DNA of 64,000 nt from Torpedo marmorata (taxonomy: Eukaryota): positions 208,320,001 through 208,384,000 of the forward strand of contig OZ360222.1 in the NCBI GenBank assembly GCA_977017645.1. The letters are read 5' to 3'. The position numbers and the translations under genes are program-made. Below the pieces are notes generated by a model, which worked only from the letters and a program-made list of their open reading frames with translations, was not told the origin of the DNA and did no database searches. Shown here piece by piece: positions 10,995 through 23,721 of the stretch. The number at the start of each line of letters is the position of its first letter. Position 1 is the first letter of the stretch.

Positions 10995-12009
10995 TGGAAT
11001 AGTGCACACTGCAGGGCAGGTTCACCGCATCGCTGGGAAACAGTGCCATGAGCAAATTAATTCTGCAAACGTGAGGCTGAAAGTGGTGTTGTGTTAAATG
11101 AGGTGGAAAGCACCTTAGAAAACATTGATGAAGCAGTAAAAGAGTTAAACATTGATGAAGTACTGACACAAGCAATGCAACACACAAATGCACTATCTAT
11201 TAAACGACAGACTGTGGGTATTGCTTGCAAGACTAACCTTTATTGCCCATCTTGGTAAGTGACTTGCCCTAACATGCAGAGATCAAGAAAGCGAAATCCT
11301 CACAAACAAGAGACCAACAGAAACATACCCAAACACACATGGATCCAGAATAAAGGCTGCCTACTTCATCTAAGCCTGGTAGTACAGGTTGGATTTGTGT
11401 CAGGTTTATGTTCTACTAAAACTATTGAGTTTGAGTAGCATCTTGCAATGTGGGGCCACTCAGTGCTTTATCCAGGTCAGCATGATGTGTTTAATTTTAC
11501 CTGATGTGTCTTCTGTACACGGTGCCCTGAATGTACAGCACAACTCATCAATTATTTCTCTTCCTTTGGGTCGGGTCATATATGGACCAAATTACAATCT
11601 CACTGCTAAGGTCTGGTGTGTATTGACCATGATTGGGTCAACTGATAATTTTTAACACAGGTAAACATCCAATCGAGGGACAAACCCTGACAGTCAGATC
11701 GATATAGGTGCAGCCAATCCTACAGAGATCTCTAGTAACTTTTATACAAGCAGTGAACTCAAGAGTCACACCATGATACACATAGAGATATACAGAGAAC
11801 CACTCTGATATACAAAGATATCGAGACACACAGAGAGCTGGAGAGACAAGAGCCTAACACTGGGGATCTCCAATGACTCACATTGACATAGAGAGATTTT
11901 AAGAGATGCACTCTGACCCACGGAGATCTATAAGGACATACCTCAACACACTGCGATCTTCACAAACTCAGTCTGACAGGCAAGGATCCAGGGAGACATA
12001 CCTTGATCC

Positions 12010-12470
12010 AAAGACAGGGTGTGTTAATGGTGTGTCAACAATGTTAGGTAATTTATTTTCTCTGTATCAGTCTGGTCAGTACTGTTGCAAGGTTATCAGA
12101 TTTTTGAAATTTCTAGATGGTGGCTGGAGATCTGATGATCATTTTCAATATTTCCCTGTGGTTTTACTTCTCTGGAACAGCTCTGATTATATTTCACTGC
12201 CGTTACATGTCTCCTTGATTGTCTTCCTCTTATTAATCTCATTAATCTCTCAACCAGATGGATTCAATGACATGGCAACCTGACCTCTCCATGTCAGAGA
12301 TCTTCCCTTTGTCCTGACCATTCCTTCCTCACTCTACCCACAACTTAAAACCAGCTTGTATATTTCACTTTTCCAGTTCAGCTGAAGGATCTTTGACATG
12401 AAACATTAACTCTCTTTCCCTATCTACTGATGCTGCCTGACCTGCTGATTCTTTCTGACATTTTTGTTTT
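12010..12470 (+). mobile_element. Decayed Penelope-like 3' region/pLTR
   Basis: CAACCAGATGGATTCAAT (end of the GIY-YIG ORF), then CTGAAGGATCTTTGACATGAAAC and GATGCTGCCTGACCTGCTGA. Confidence 0.5.
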
Positions 12471-13840
12471 CATGTTGTTACATTTGCAGATGTATGGAGA
12501 TGGGTGCTGGCATATTCAAATATGCAGAGACTTGTCTTAACCTCCTACCTAACAACAGAGGCTGTGCAGATATAGGGAGACACACACCCAAAAACGAATT
12601 ATTGAAAATGTTCCAAGAATTGTTTCCCAGTAATTGTGTTTTGCTCTTAGTTGCTTGCTGTTCCTTTCCCTCAAAACACAACTCGTCTGTGAAAGATCAC
12701 ATTCGTATTGAATAATACTTTTGATTTAGGCTAGATTACTGGGCTGTGGTACAAATATTTCACATTGCTGTGTTTTATACAAACAAACTGTACAGATCTG
12801 GATCCAAGCAGAATAATTCTTGGCAAACCAGCTATTGTTTATCAAAATCTCACCAAAGCTTCAAAAATACATTCCTTCTTTTTCTGGAAAGCTAATGGCG
12901 TGGCATGCTTAATTTTGTAAATGTTTGGGTCGGGATGGAGAGTGGATATGGACGAAGAAAATTCCCAAAGTCCCTCACAGGAGAAGGTGAGATAGAAGAT
13001 ATATTAATTCAAGAATATTTAAACTTAGAGAGTGAAAGCAGCTGTAAGATTGGGTTTTCTCGCACCATCTTTCTCAGGGCATTGGCTTGTATTCAATTTT
13101 GTGTGAGTTGTGAGCATCCATTTTTAAAATGAGTTGTTTGTCCAAGGGATCAGACGGCATGGTAACTTGTGTGTCACTCATTGCCATCGCAAGTATGCAG
13201 AGAGAACAGATTGTGATGTCAATTATCATGTGACATTGATTTGATGGCTCCACTGCCAAGCTACCGCACGATGATCCATTGAGCAGTCCTGTCTGGAGAA
13301 TCCAGAGTGAAACATCAGGTGCATGCACTCTACCACTGTCAAACAACAAGGCCCTTGTTGGTGATTGATTGGAAGGAGAGTTTGGTTTATTCACACAGTC
13401 AGATATTGCTTTGGAAGTCACGAGGGAATACCATAGCTTTTGACAGTGTTTTGCTTGAGCCTCCATCAATTCCACCTTTACCTGCAGTTTTAGTTCTTCC
13501 AGGTATTCAACACAAGGAGGAGGTGGATGAGAAGGGGCCTGCAGAGAAGTGTGACTTGTCACAAGAAGGAAGTGGAGGAAGAGAGGCCGGGAGAAAAGAG
13601 TTCTTGGCAGAAGATCCTAGAAACATAGTTTGAGCACATCCACCATTTAGGTCCAAGTCCTGATTGGTGGATACTGTTAGTTGATGATGATGGGGATGTG
13701 TTGCACATCCTTGTGTCAGATATGTAGGTTTTTCCTGGGCTTGATTGCGTCTGTTTGGTCGTTAATTTTTTGCACCATGAGACAATGTCTGTGGGACAAT
13801 CTCCTCACTGTATGGAGATCTTCCTGCCTTTCTGTATGAA

Positions 13841-14022
13841 AGGGCAGCATTGTTAGCATAGTGCTTAGCACAACACTATTACAGTGCCAGTGTCCCGGGT
13901 TTGAATCTGGCACTGTCTGTAAGGAGTTAGTACATTCTCCCCATGTCTGCGTGGGTTTTCCCCAGGTGCTCCGGTTTCCTCCCACCCTCCAAAACGTAAG
14001 GGGTTGTAAGTTAATTTGGGTG
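13841..14022 (+). mobile_element. tRNA-derived V-domain SINE, 3' part replaced by a Tx1 fragment
   Basis: A-box-like TAGCATAGTG, B-box GGTTTGAATCT, V-domain TTCTCCCCATGTCTGCGTGGGTTTTCCCCAGGTGCTCCGGTTTCCTCCCAC. Confidence 0.88.
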
Positions 14023-14417
14023 AAATCTGGTCTGCACGAATCCTGTTGGTTTTTCAGCACATGGAGATGTCAGTGAGGGAATGCTGCCACCTGGCACATT
14101 CCAGGCTGCAGGAGTACGTGCTGAGGGACGCACTGAGGCTTGGTGCAGCCAATACATGGGCGCTGTGGGGAAGGACCACAGTCTAGGGTTCTCCCATTAT
14201 CAGGCATTGAGGGGCTGAGACCGAGGGGAAGTCCCTCAAATAACAGAGGGGAGAAGCAACAAGGTGCCACAGTGGTGGAAATGGTGGAAATGGAATCGAA
14301 TGTAACAAGGCACCGTGACTGGAATGTATAGATATGAAAGTAAGGGTGGTAACAGACTCTGAACGGTTTTCCTTTTGTAAATAATTGATTGTGAATAAAG
14401 TCTATTTTTGGAAAAAT
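14023..14417 (+). mobile_element. Tx1/L1-clade LINE 3' end
   Basis: Translates as WSARILLVFQHMEMSVRECCHLAHSRLQEYVLRDALRLGAANTWALWGRTTV*. The 3' UTR ends AATAAAGTCTATTTTTGGAAAAA. Confidence 0.65.
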
Positions 14418-15037
14418 AATGGCTGGAATTGGCTTCTACCATGCAGTAAATAAAAGGTAAATTTAATTTTTTTTAAATTAATAAAAAAGACCTTTCACCT
14501 TTCCCTCAGTTTTTGAACCAGGGCCTCCAGCTGATTGAATAAAAATTGGTGAAGTTGCTTTCAAGTACAGTCACGCATGGTTTCCAATGTTCATTAAAAG
14601 CATAAGTATTTCCCCTTTAAGAAGTGCAGGTTGACTTCAATCAGGATTAACTTGTGTTGACCATTATTGGGCCCAGTGGATACCCACTACTCCAGAAACA
14701 GTATAATGAGTGCATCTTGGGCACTGAAATCATGTTAAGGAGCACAGAGCATAAATTGTGTGTGCAGTCTTCTATAGATCAGACAGGCATCGGTTTAATT
14801 TCAATCCCAGTACATTCTATCCCAATTTAATAACCTCTACCTTCCATATTTGACTCCAGGAAGACATCTAATTATTTCTAGAATAGGTGCTGCCTTTTCC
14901 AAGACCTTCCCTGCAGAACTATAACATTGATATATGGGGGAAAATCATGACTTCCTGACTCCTAATCCGAACATTAATAGCATTTCTTGTTCTTTAGCCC
15001 CATTGCAAATGGATATATGATATGGTCTGGAGCTTAA

Positions 15038-15728
15038 AGAATCAGAATCAGAATTTATTGTCATGAACAAGTCATGAAATTCGGTGTTTTGCGGCAGCAT
15101 CATAGTGCAATTAACATTCATATTAACCATCTAACAACATTACTATACAAAATTATAAACAATAGTGCACGAAAAGTAAGGTAGTGTCTTTGGTTCATTG
15201 GTTATTCAGGAATCTGATGGCAGCGGGGAAGAAGCTGTCCTTGTGCCGTTGAGTGCTCGTCTTTAGGCTCCTGTACCTTTTCCCCGATGGAAGCAGAGTG
15301 AAGAGGGCATGGCCTGGGTGGTGGGGGTCCTTGAGGATAGAGGCTGCTTTTTTAAGACACCGCCTCATGTAGATGTCCTCGATGGAGTGAAGTTTGGTGC
15401 CTGTGATGTCACAGGCCGAGTTAACAACCTTCTGGAGTTTACTCTTGTCCTGGGAGTTGGCGCCGCCATACCAGGCAGTGATGCAACCAGCCAGAATGCT
15501 CTCCACGGTACACCTGTAGAAGTTTACAAGAGTCTTTGGTGACATACCGAATCTCCGCAAACACCTCACAAAGTATAGCCGCTGACGAGCCTTCTTTGTG
15601 ATTGCATCCACGTGGATGCTCCAGGACAGATCCTCGGAGATGTTGACACCCAGGAATTTGAAGTTCTTGACCCTCTCCACTACTGAGCCCTCGATGAGGA
15701 CTGGGTCGTGTTCCCCTGACTTCCTCCG
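15038..15728 (-). mobile_element. Rex1/Babar LINE, young subfamily copy 1
   Basis: ORF 15195..15752: [20 protein letters not shown]...RQRLYFVRCLRRFG...SFFPAAIRFLN. The (TTCTGA)n tail appears as AGAATCAGAATCAGAA. Near-identical to 53150-54277 and 63340-64000. Confidence 0.92.
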
Positions 15729-16239
15729 GAGAGGGATGAAGGTTTGTGACAATTTTCATATCCGCTTTCTCTGCATGGACCATCCGAATATCGCCTAAAC
15801 TTCACCCAAAAAGAATAAATCACAATCTGAGGAAGAGTGAATGAACTCCAACTCTCTCTATCTCCTTAGATTTTCTCATATCACCACATTATGAAATATT
15901 TCACCAGGACTGAAACCCAATGCCTGTGTATTGCATTTTTAATACTTTCGTCTTCCTTGCAATGTAGTGCAATCTGCAAATTTCTTTGGGATTTGGTGTA
16001 CAGACCCCCTCTGGGGTGCAGTATGAAGAAAGAATGTGCTGAAAGAGCAAAGGCTATGAAGGGAATATTTTAAAGACATCTTCTATTGGACAAGTATGAT
16101 ACAATGACGTTGGCACCGTGATGAAAAAAATACACTTCAAGGTCAGAGGAAGGACCAATGGAGATACAAAATAATGGCAATAACCAACGTGGGGGTTAAC
16201 TCCATGCTCTTTGTTCTGCTCACACTCTATTCTTTAGCG

Positions 16240-16900
16240 CTCTATGACACATCACACACTATTAATTGTAATACTCACTGATGTACCCATAACCTTCACT
16301 GTAGCACTCCTAGAAATACCTTCATTCCTCCCTGTAGCAATTCCAATTGTATCCTTCACACCCCTCTAACTTTCTCTGATTACTTGTAACTTTCTTTGTA
16401 AACGTCTCTGAAATATTCATAACTCATGCTGTGACCCTCTGATGTACCCATGTCCTTCACTGAAGCCCTCTCTATAAACCTCACAATATACCTTTCGCTG
16501 TATCACTCTGAATTACCATCAGTGCTCATGGTAATTCACTGAGATGCAGCACATCTACTTCACTGTAACTGGTACCAATAAGATGAAGGGCTCAAGCCCG
16601 AAACGTCGGTTATGTATTTCTACCTTTGCTACATAAAAGACACTGTTTGACCTGCTGAGTTTCTCCAGCTTTTGTGTTTTTTACCAATAAGCCCTACATT
16701 GGCTACTTTAAAAATATTTGAGATAATTCACTTTTTTCTTGGTATATTCCACCTTACAGATACACTTCATGTAACACTATTGTATACCTCACCTTTCTCA
16801 CTGTTAAAGTTATTGATTTATTCCACGTGCTTTAGTGTAACACTCTCTGATGTGCCCCATTCAGTCTATGACCTTCTGATAATCCCTACCTCTCTGCAAG
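16240..16900. repeat. Ancient degenerate minisatellite, unit about 32 bp
   Basis: Recurring CCTTCACTGTAACACTCTCTGATGTACCCAT-like units, e.g. near 16275, 16435 and 16835. Confidence 0.55.
16583..16681 (+). mobile_element. About 100-bp Penelope-derived mini-element starting in the hammerhead-like core
   Basis: 10-bp TSD TACCAATAAG (16573-16582, 16682-16691). Sequence (G)ATGAAGGGCTCAAGCCCGAAACGTCGGTT...TGACCTGCTGAGTTTCTCCAGCTTTTGTGTTTT. Confidence 0.85.
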
Positions 16901-17324
16901 TCTCTGTTATACCCATTAGACTCAATGATTTAAGGACACAATAGGCCCAGGAAGGAAGCAAATGATGTCCCATAAATTCAGTTTTTGAAAATGTTTTATT
17001 TTATTACAGCTTCACGTTAAATCTGCTACCTCCCCTTCACTAATGAGCTGCCAGACTTGAATACAATGACAAATGACATCTCTTTGAGTTACTTTTCTCT
17101 CTACCCTCTGCCCTCTCAGGGAACACTATTCTCCTTTGCAAGCTCTTCATCTGGGAAAATCCAGCCCAGATCATTAGTTGAGAGAGTTTCACCTAAACCC
17201 ACAATGTAGTAGCAGCTGTGCATTGTACATTACTTTTGGAGGTGAAATACCAGGCACGCCTATCATTGTATAGCAAGTGACATGACAAAATCCAGCCAGA
17301 GATAAACATTGATTTTCAAATCTA

Positions 17325-17880
17325 ACTCTTAGCTATACAAGACCTTAGTTAGACCCCACTTGGAATACTGTGTTCAGTTCTGGTCACATCACTACAAGAA
17401 GGATGTGGATGCTATGGAAAGGGTGTAGAGGAGATTTAAAAGGATGCTGTCTGGATTGGAGAGCATGTCTTATGAGGATAGGTTAAGTGAACTTGGTCTT
17501 TTCTTCTTGTAGCGATGGAGGATGAGGGGTGACCTGCTAGAGGAAGTTTTAATTAAGATGATGACAAGCATTGACCATGTGGATGGCCAGAGGCTTTTTT
17601 TCCCAGGGCTGAAAATGCCCCGAGGGGGCATAGTTTGTAAGAGGTAAATTTTTCACACAGAGAGTGGCGGGTGCATGGAACGCGCTGCCAGCAATGGTGG
17701 TGGAGGCAGGTACAGTAGGATCTTTTAAGAGACTATTAGATAGGTAGGTGGAACTGAGAACAATGGAGGGTTATGCAGCAGGGATAGTCTATCTGGGCAA
17801 TTGTTGGAGTAGGTTATTAGGTCGAAAAAACATTGTGGGCCAAAGGCCTGTACTGTGCTGCAGATTTATATGTTATTTTC
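17325..17880 (+). mobile_element. CR1 LINE 3' fragment
   Basis: CTATACAAGACCTTAGTTAGACCCCACTTGGAATACTGTGTTCAGTTCTGGTCA encodes [18 protein letters not shown]; also TTTTCACACAGAGAGTGG. Confidence 0.88.
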
Positions 17881-18667
17881 ACTTGTAAACAATGGTAATC
17901 AGTTCCTTCCTAAAGTGGTAATTGGAGTTATGCTTGTGATATGGGCTGTAGGATTCCTGGCATTCAGCCCCTGGAGTCTCCAGCACTGTCAAGTGTGAAC
18001 AGTCTTCCCAACCTCATTTGGAGGCTATTGCCATATTGCTCACACCAGATGAGGGAATTGGAAATTGACCCTAAAGTGTGCAGATGCCGGAAAGTTTTTG
18101 TGTCAGTATAGGTCTTGCAAAGCTGGAGTAATCAACCGTAGACAATCCCATCCTGATCAGCTGTGGCGAGGAAGGGAGGCATGGTGTATGGCTGACGGTA
18201 TTCACAGAAAAGGCTGAGAGTTTTCTCTTTTTTTTCTCAGTGGTTTTGTGCAATCCCATTTTGATTTCACAAGGCATTGTTTTCTTAGTTACTGATGAAT
18301 CACATTGCAGTGCGCTGCTCTCTGACGCACTCCCATCCAGGGGCCCTGTGATTACAAGAGCTTCAGATATGTTATACTGGGAGACAAAAAGGAAAAGGCG
18401 TTGAGTCTGAGTGTGAATTTGAATTTGTTATCGTTAAAAATCAGTTTCAGACATCTGGACACTTGCCCAAATTGTGGTTAAAAGGAATAGTTTTTCTAAG
18501 GCTACAAGTAAACCATGCAGAAATTGCTGCTTTTGCTGGAGCATCTTTTGTGAAGTTTTAATTTTCAGCAGTTTCAAAGAAATGCAATGAAAGATGGGAA
18601 ATAAATTTAACTTAATTCACCCATTGGTGATACTGATGAGATTGGTTTGAATTTCAATTTTACTAAT

Positions 18668-18897
18668 GGAGATACAACAGACTGCAGATATTGGAATCTG
18701 GAACAAAAACAAACTGCTGGAAGAACTCAAGGGGTCAAGCAGCATCTGTGGAGGCAAAGGGATAGTCGATATTTCAGGTCGATACACATGGTCTGATGCA
18801 TGGTAATGACCTGAAATTTTGAATATCTCTTTGCCTCCATGGTTGCGGCTTGACCTGCTAAGTTCCACCAGCAGTTTGTAGTCCGCTCCAATTCCAC
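18668..18897. mobile_element. Fold-back element made of two inverted Penelope pLTR arms
   Basis: CAAACTGCTGGAAGAACTCAAGGGGTCAAGC...ATTTCAGGTC pairs with GACCTGAAAT...GCTTGACCTGCTAAGTTCCACCAGCAGTTTG. Confidence 0.75.
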
Positions 18898-18948
18898 TAA
18901 TTTTACTTTCCATTTTAAATTGTTACAACAGGGCAAAAAAAAAAGTGA

Positions 18949-19045
18949 AAAACACAAAAGCTGGAGAACTCAGCAGGTCAAACAGTGTCTTTTATGTAGC
19001 AAAGGTAGAAATACATAACCGACGTTTCAGGCTTGAGCCCTTCAT
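18949..19045 (-). mobile_element. About 100-bp Penelope-derived mini-element, copy 2
   Basis: 15-bp TSD CAAAAAAAAAAGTGA (18934-18948, 19046-19060). The reverse complement differs from 16583-16681 by about one substitution and one indel. Confidence 0.85.
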
Positions 19046-22000
19046 CAAAAAAAAAAGTGAGGTCAGTGAACTTCCACCAATACTTTGGTCAAAAGTTATG
19101 TCACAGGTTGGGAGTCATCCAGGACACAGCCTCTGACCACTTGACCTTCTGGCCAGCTGCAGCATTAATCAGAGGATCAATCTAACCAATACTGAAACGT
19201 CAGGGATTGTAACACCTAGTCCTATATATCAGCCCTTCCAGGAACGTTTGAAATGTAAATTCTATGTGGCTAACCTGAGGCAAAAGCCTCTGAAAGTCAC
19301 TTTTCCCCTTAGATATAGTACTATTCAGTTCATATTTAACACAGATTGATTTTCCCCTTTTAACATTGTAAAATATTTCCACTTAAGGTTAATGGGCTAC
19401 TGCAACTTCCCCCAGGTGAGCAGTAGAACCTGGAACAAGTTGATGGAAATGTGGGCAGAATAAAATAAGATGAGTGTAAGTGGGTGCATTATCACATGTT
19501 CCATTAATCCATCTATAACAGAGTATACATTACAGATATATATCAATTTTTTTCTTTACAATTTAGTATTATAAAAAGAACCAAGCCACAAAAAAATATA
19601 TAGTAATTTTATCATAATAATTTTTTTAATAAAAGCTAAAGCAATCTAAACTAGTCTACCACCTACCCCACCCCAGAATTGCCCTGACCTACAGAAATAA
19701 TATAACTTCAAATCATGAGGAATCATAAACTCTGATAAGCTGATTCTTTCTTAAGCCAAATAGCTTCTGAAGTGCTGAAACAAAAAGAGAATAGCAGTGG
19801 CATTTACAATAACATTTTCTTCAGTGTTGAATAATGCGTGCTACTTAGTTATAGTGTGCTATGCTTGTGCATGAGTTAGACTCGTGAACCTTCTCCCTCT
19901 CTGCCAAACCATGCATCTTTGTCACAATTGTATTGCCTGCTTCACTTTAAGCCAAGCTTCTTCGCTGGCAACGCTGCTTTCTCAAAATTTGGCAGCTTGT
20001 TAGATACTTGCAACAGAGGTTCAGGCACACTTTGACCCAGACAGAGTTTAACCTGTGGCGACCTTTCCATCTTATAGAAGGCTGTTAAGAGATCAGGGGT
20101 AGAATGTTGGTGCCGGAAACCCTGTAATTTTTTTGCCGTCTAGCATTGTTTGGCCTCACAACAAATTTTTGATTAATGTTCCTGTGCACAGCTGATTTGT
20201 TTTATTCTGTCACCTTAACCCCTCTGAAGAGTAACTGACATTTACACAGACATGCAGCACAATGGGGCAACAGCAGTAACCAGTGGGAATGGTCAGTTTA
20301 TTGCAACACCTGAGGATTCATGGTAAAAAGAAGCGGTTTTGTAATTCCACAGTCTCGCCCTGTTATCACCTCACTGAGTAGCTCTAATGCCCAGTCTTGA
20401 TTTTGACAGCAGTTTGAATCGATATTGGCTGTGGGTGGGAAGCAGATAGAGGAAGGGGAAGAGCACAATCAGGTACTGTGCAAGCATGGGCTCACCATGG
20501 AAAGGGAGGGAAGAACCAATGGAGAAAGTTGTGGGTAGGAGAGAACCCAACATGATTAAACTACATTCAAGTAGAAGATGGAGAGTATTGCTACAGAAGT
20601 AATAAAAGGCTCCTTATATCCAACAGTACAAGCAATAATAGTCTTGCTTTTGAGATGGGCACAGAGCAAAAACTCAGCAATCAAAGTTCAGTGCATGAGT
20701 TACATCAACCACTGATTTAAATTCTCATAGAATAGGATCATTAACACTCCACAGATTGGGATCGTGTTACACTAGTCTTCAGACAGAATTGGCTGAGCTG
20801 CTGGAATCTACTCCTCTTGTGTTTGGCAGATGGTGTTGTTGCTTGTTAAATGGTTATTCAGCCGGGAAAGAGTTACTGAATAAATGCTTGAAGTTTCTCT
20901 TGATTTGGCTGGGTGACAATTATTTGTGGTGGAACTGTGGAGTATCTGTTTATACTGTAGGATAAGAGTTATCCAGCTTGTTCATTGCAGAGTGTGTGAA
21001 GAAGTGTGTTGAAGGATGCATGTGCATGGTGTGCCTCTGTAAAACTTACAAATCTCCAACAAAATTAGTAAACGAGAGACTCAGTACTTACAACTGCTGT
21101 AAATAATGCGAGGCTCTGGGGCTGCGAGGGTTGTTTAGACGTAACCAAATGTTCTGGTGATACTTTTATCTGGAGGAGCAAATGAGAATGAAACAAAAAT
21201 TGCAAATGAAGTTTGCCGAGCCAGTGGGCCTGGTTCTATTGCTTCTGGTAACTGTTCTGTGCTCATTAGATATGAAGTATCTTCATCCAGCTCCTTTGGG
21301 AATTTAGCCTTCATTTCATTAGGTGTCAAATTCCCAACGGATTCTCTGTTAGTCCCATGATTTACTGTATTGCCCTTGGCTAGAGAGTGCTGCAGATGCT
21401 TAAATGTGATGAAATCTTACTGGGAGTTGGGCTATTCCCTAATTTATTGGGAAGAACTCAAGTTTTTGACAAAAATCAAATGTTTTCTCCATTGAGTGAG
21501 AAAAGGTTATAATTTAAAAGTGAGGAGCGTTAATGATGCTAGTTTATTGCATGCAGTTGGCTCGTTTGAAAGTACCTTTTTACGAGCATTTTGGTCAGCA
21601 ATCTCACGCTGTTACTTATTGCTCAAGTAGCAATGTGAGGCACTGCCGTTGTTTGAATTATTATGCCTTGGGTGCCTCCTGGATAAAAGCACTGCTTGCA
21701 TAAGGTGCTCAAATGCAATAAACAGAACTGTCCTGCATGGCTTGCAAAATCAAGAAATCAGGCAGAGAGCCTTATGATGGGATCCTCATACTGCTTGTCA
21801 TGTTGCAGTTTTTAAGTGGTTTATCGAAGTATTATAATTTATACTAATGTAAGTAAAATGAGTGTGAGTGGAAACCTCATTTGATCTCAGCTGATAATAC
21901 TGAAATGGTCAATGAGGATTAAACCTTTTGAGGCCAATAGACGTACTTTAAGGGCGGACTGGCTGATGTGATCCATGGCTTCTTCATGCAGTGGATTACT

Positions 22001-22330
22001 GAAAGCTGTACTGAGATTTTTGAACAAAACTCAATAAAGACTGTTCAGCAAACATTGAGCTTCTCAAAGAGAAATGGAACATCATTCTTGCAGTTGTAAT
22101 TCACTAAACTCTGCTCCCCCTCGTGATAACCTGTTTGATTGGCTTGATGAAGCATTGGAAGCTTTCTTGCGTGAATTCAGAGGAGCAAACTGGAAAATGA
22201 AGGAGCACACATGGATTGCTCACACTCATCCTCATATACTGTAAGTACTTGCCGCACTTGACACAGAACATCGTATGCTGATGACTATGCACAACACCAA
22301 GGGGTTCAGGCAATTCTGCATGACTGAAAG

Positions 22331-22577
22331 TTGGCGTAGCGGTTAGCGCAACGCCTTTACAGCACCAGCAATCGGGACCAGGGTTCGAATCCCACGCTGT
22401 CTGTAAGGAGTTTGTATGTTCTCCCTGTGTCTCCGTGGGTTTTCCCTGGGGGCTCCAGTTTCCTCCTACCGTTCAAAACGTACCGAGGGTGTAGGTTAAT
22501 TGGGTGTAAATTGGGTGGCATGGACTCATGGGCCGAAATGGCCTGTTACCGTGCTGTATGTCTAAATTTAAAATTCT
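22331..22577 (+). mobile_element. tRNA-derived V-domain SINE, near full length
   Basis: TGGCGTAGCGG A-box, GGTTCGAATCC B-box, V-domain, and a CR1-like 3' end GGGCCGAAATGGCCTGTTACCGTGCTGTATGTCTAAATTTAAA. Confidence 0.9.
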
Positions 22578-22744
22578 AAAATTATTGTCATACACACGAG
22601 TACAATATACAGAGGCAATGACAGTCGTTCTTGCAGCAGCCACACAAGTACATGATAGTGAGTTTATTATCTTAAACATTGTACAATGTACATTATTGAG
22701 GGACACCTCCCGATATCTCCTGATCTTCAGTGCAAGTTTACATC

Positions 22745-23545
22745 AAACATTTCGCTGATACGTAGGCTCTGCCAGTGTTTTCATTACCTTTCCATTACGT
22801 TATCTTACCTTTCTCTCTGAGATTCCCTGGTGCATTCTTCACTCCCAACCCACCCTTCCACCCATTTAGGCACTTCTCGCTATAATCGCAAAAGTGCAAA
22901 ACCTGTCCCTACATCTCCTCCCTCACCTCCACCCAGGGCCACAAACAGACCTTCTGGGTGATGCAGATCTTTACATGCACGTTTTTCAACCTAATCTAAT
23001 GCATTCGGTGTACTTTGCTCTGCTTGTAGGTCTAAACTTAAACTTCCTGCAGCCAACTATTTTAACACCCCCAACCATTCCTACAATGACATTTCTGTTC
23101 TTGGCCTTATCCATTGTCAGGAGGGACCAAATGTAAACTTGAAGAACAGCCTGGTCAGTCTGAAACCTACTGGGATGAAAGTTGATCTTTCAAATTTTAC
23201 GTAACCTGCACCCCCCATCTGATTTTACTGTTTCCATTTCTTCTTTACCTACTCTTGTACATTTATTTCCCCTCTCCTAACTTCTTTTCCCCCTTCGTTC
23301 CTTGTGGTCTCTCCCTCTAACTGCCTCTCCACCTCACACCTTCTGTCCTATCACCTCTGTGCCCCTCCCTGAGCTTCTTTCCCCCTACATATACGTAATA
23401 TCTCCCCAGTCTCACTAGTCTTGATAAAGGGTCCAGACCCGAAACTGTGACTGACCATTTCTACCCATGGATGCTGTCAGATCTGCTGAGCTCCTCCATC
23501 AACTGTTTGTCTGCTCAAGATTCCAGTGTTGGCAGCTTTTGTGCT
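22745..23545 (+). mobile_element. Decayed Penelope-like element (GIY-YIG remnant plus pLTR)
   Basis: Similar to the 7372-7800 copy (CAGGGCCACAAACAGACCTTC...TTTACATGCAC...AAACTTGAAGAACAGC). Hammerhead-like CTTGATAAAGGGTCCAGACCCGAAAC at about 23420-23445. Confidence 0.75.
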
Positions 23546-23721
23546 TCTCTTACTTGCATCATGTTCAGTCAAGTTTTGAAGTTTGTCCATTGCTATTATT
23601 ATGGACAAGTCAAGAGCAGCTCAGGTGTTTTATTTCCTTCCATCTGATGATTTCAGCTCACCCACAACATCCAGAATCCTCCTCACATTTGTCCCTAGTT
23701 TCTGTCAGGACATCCAAGCAT

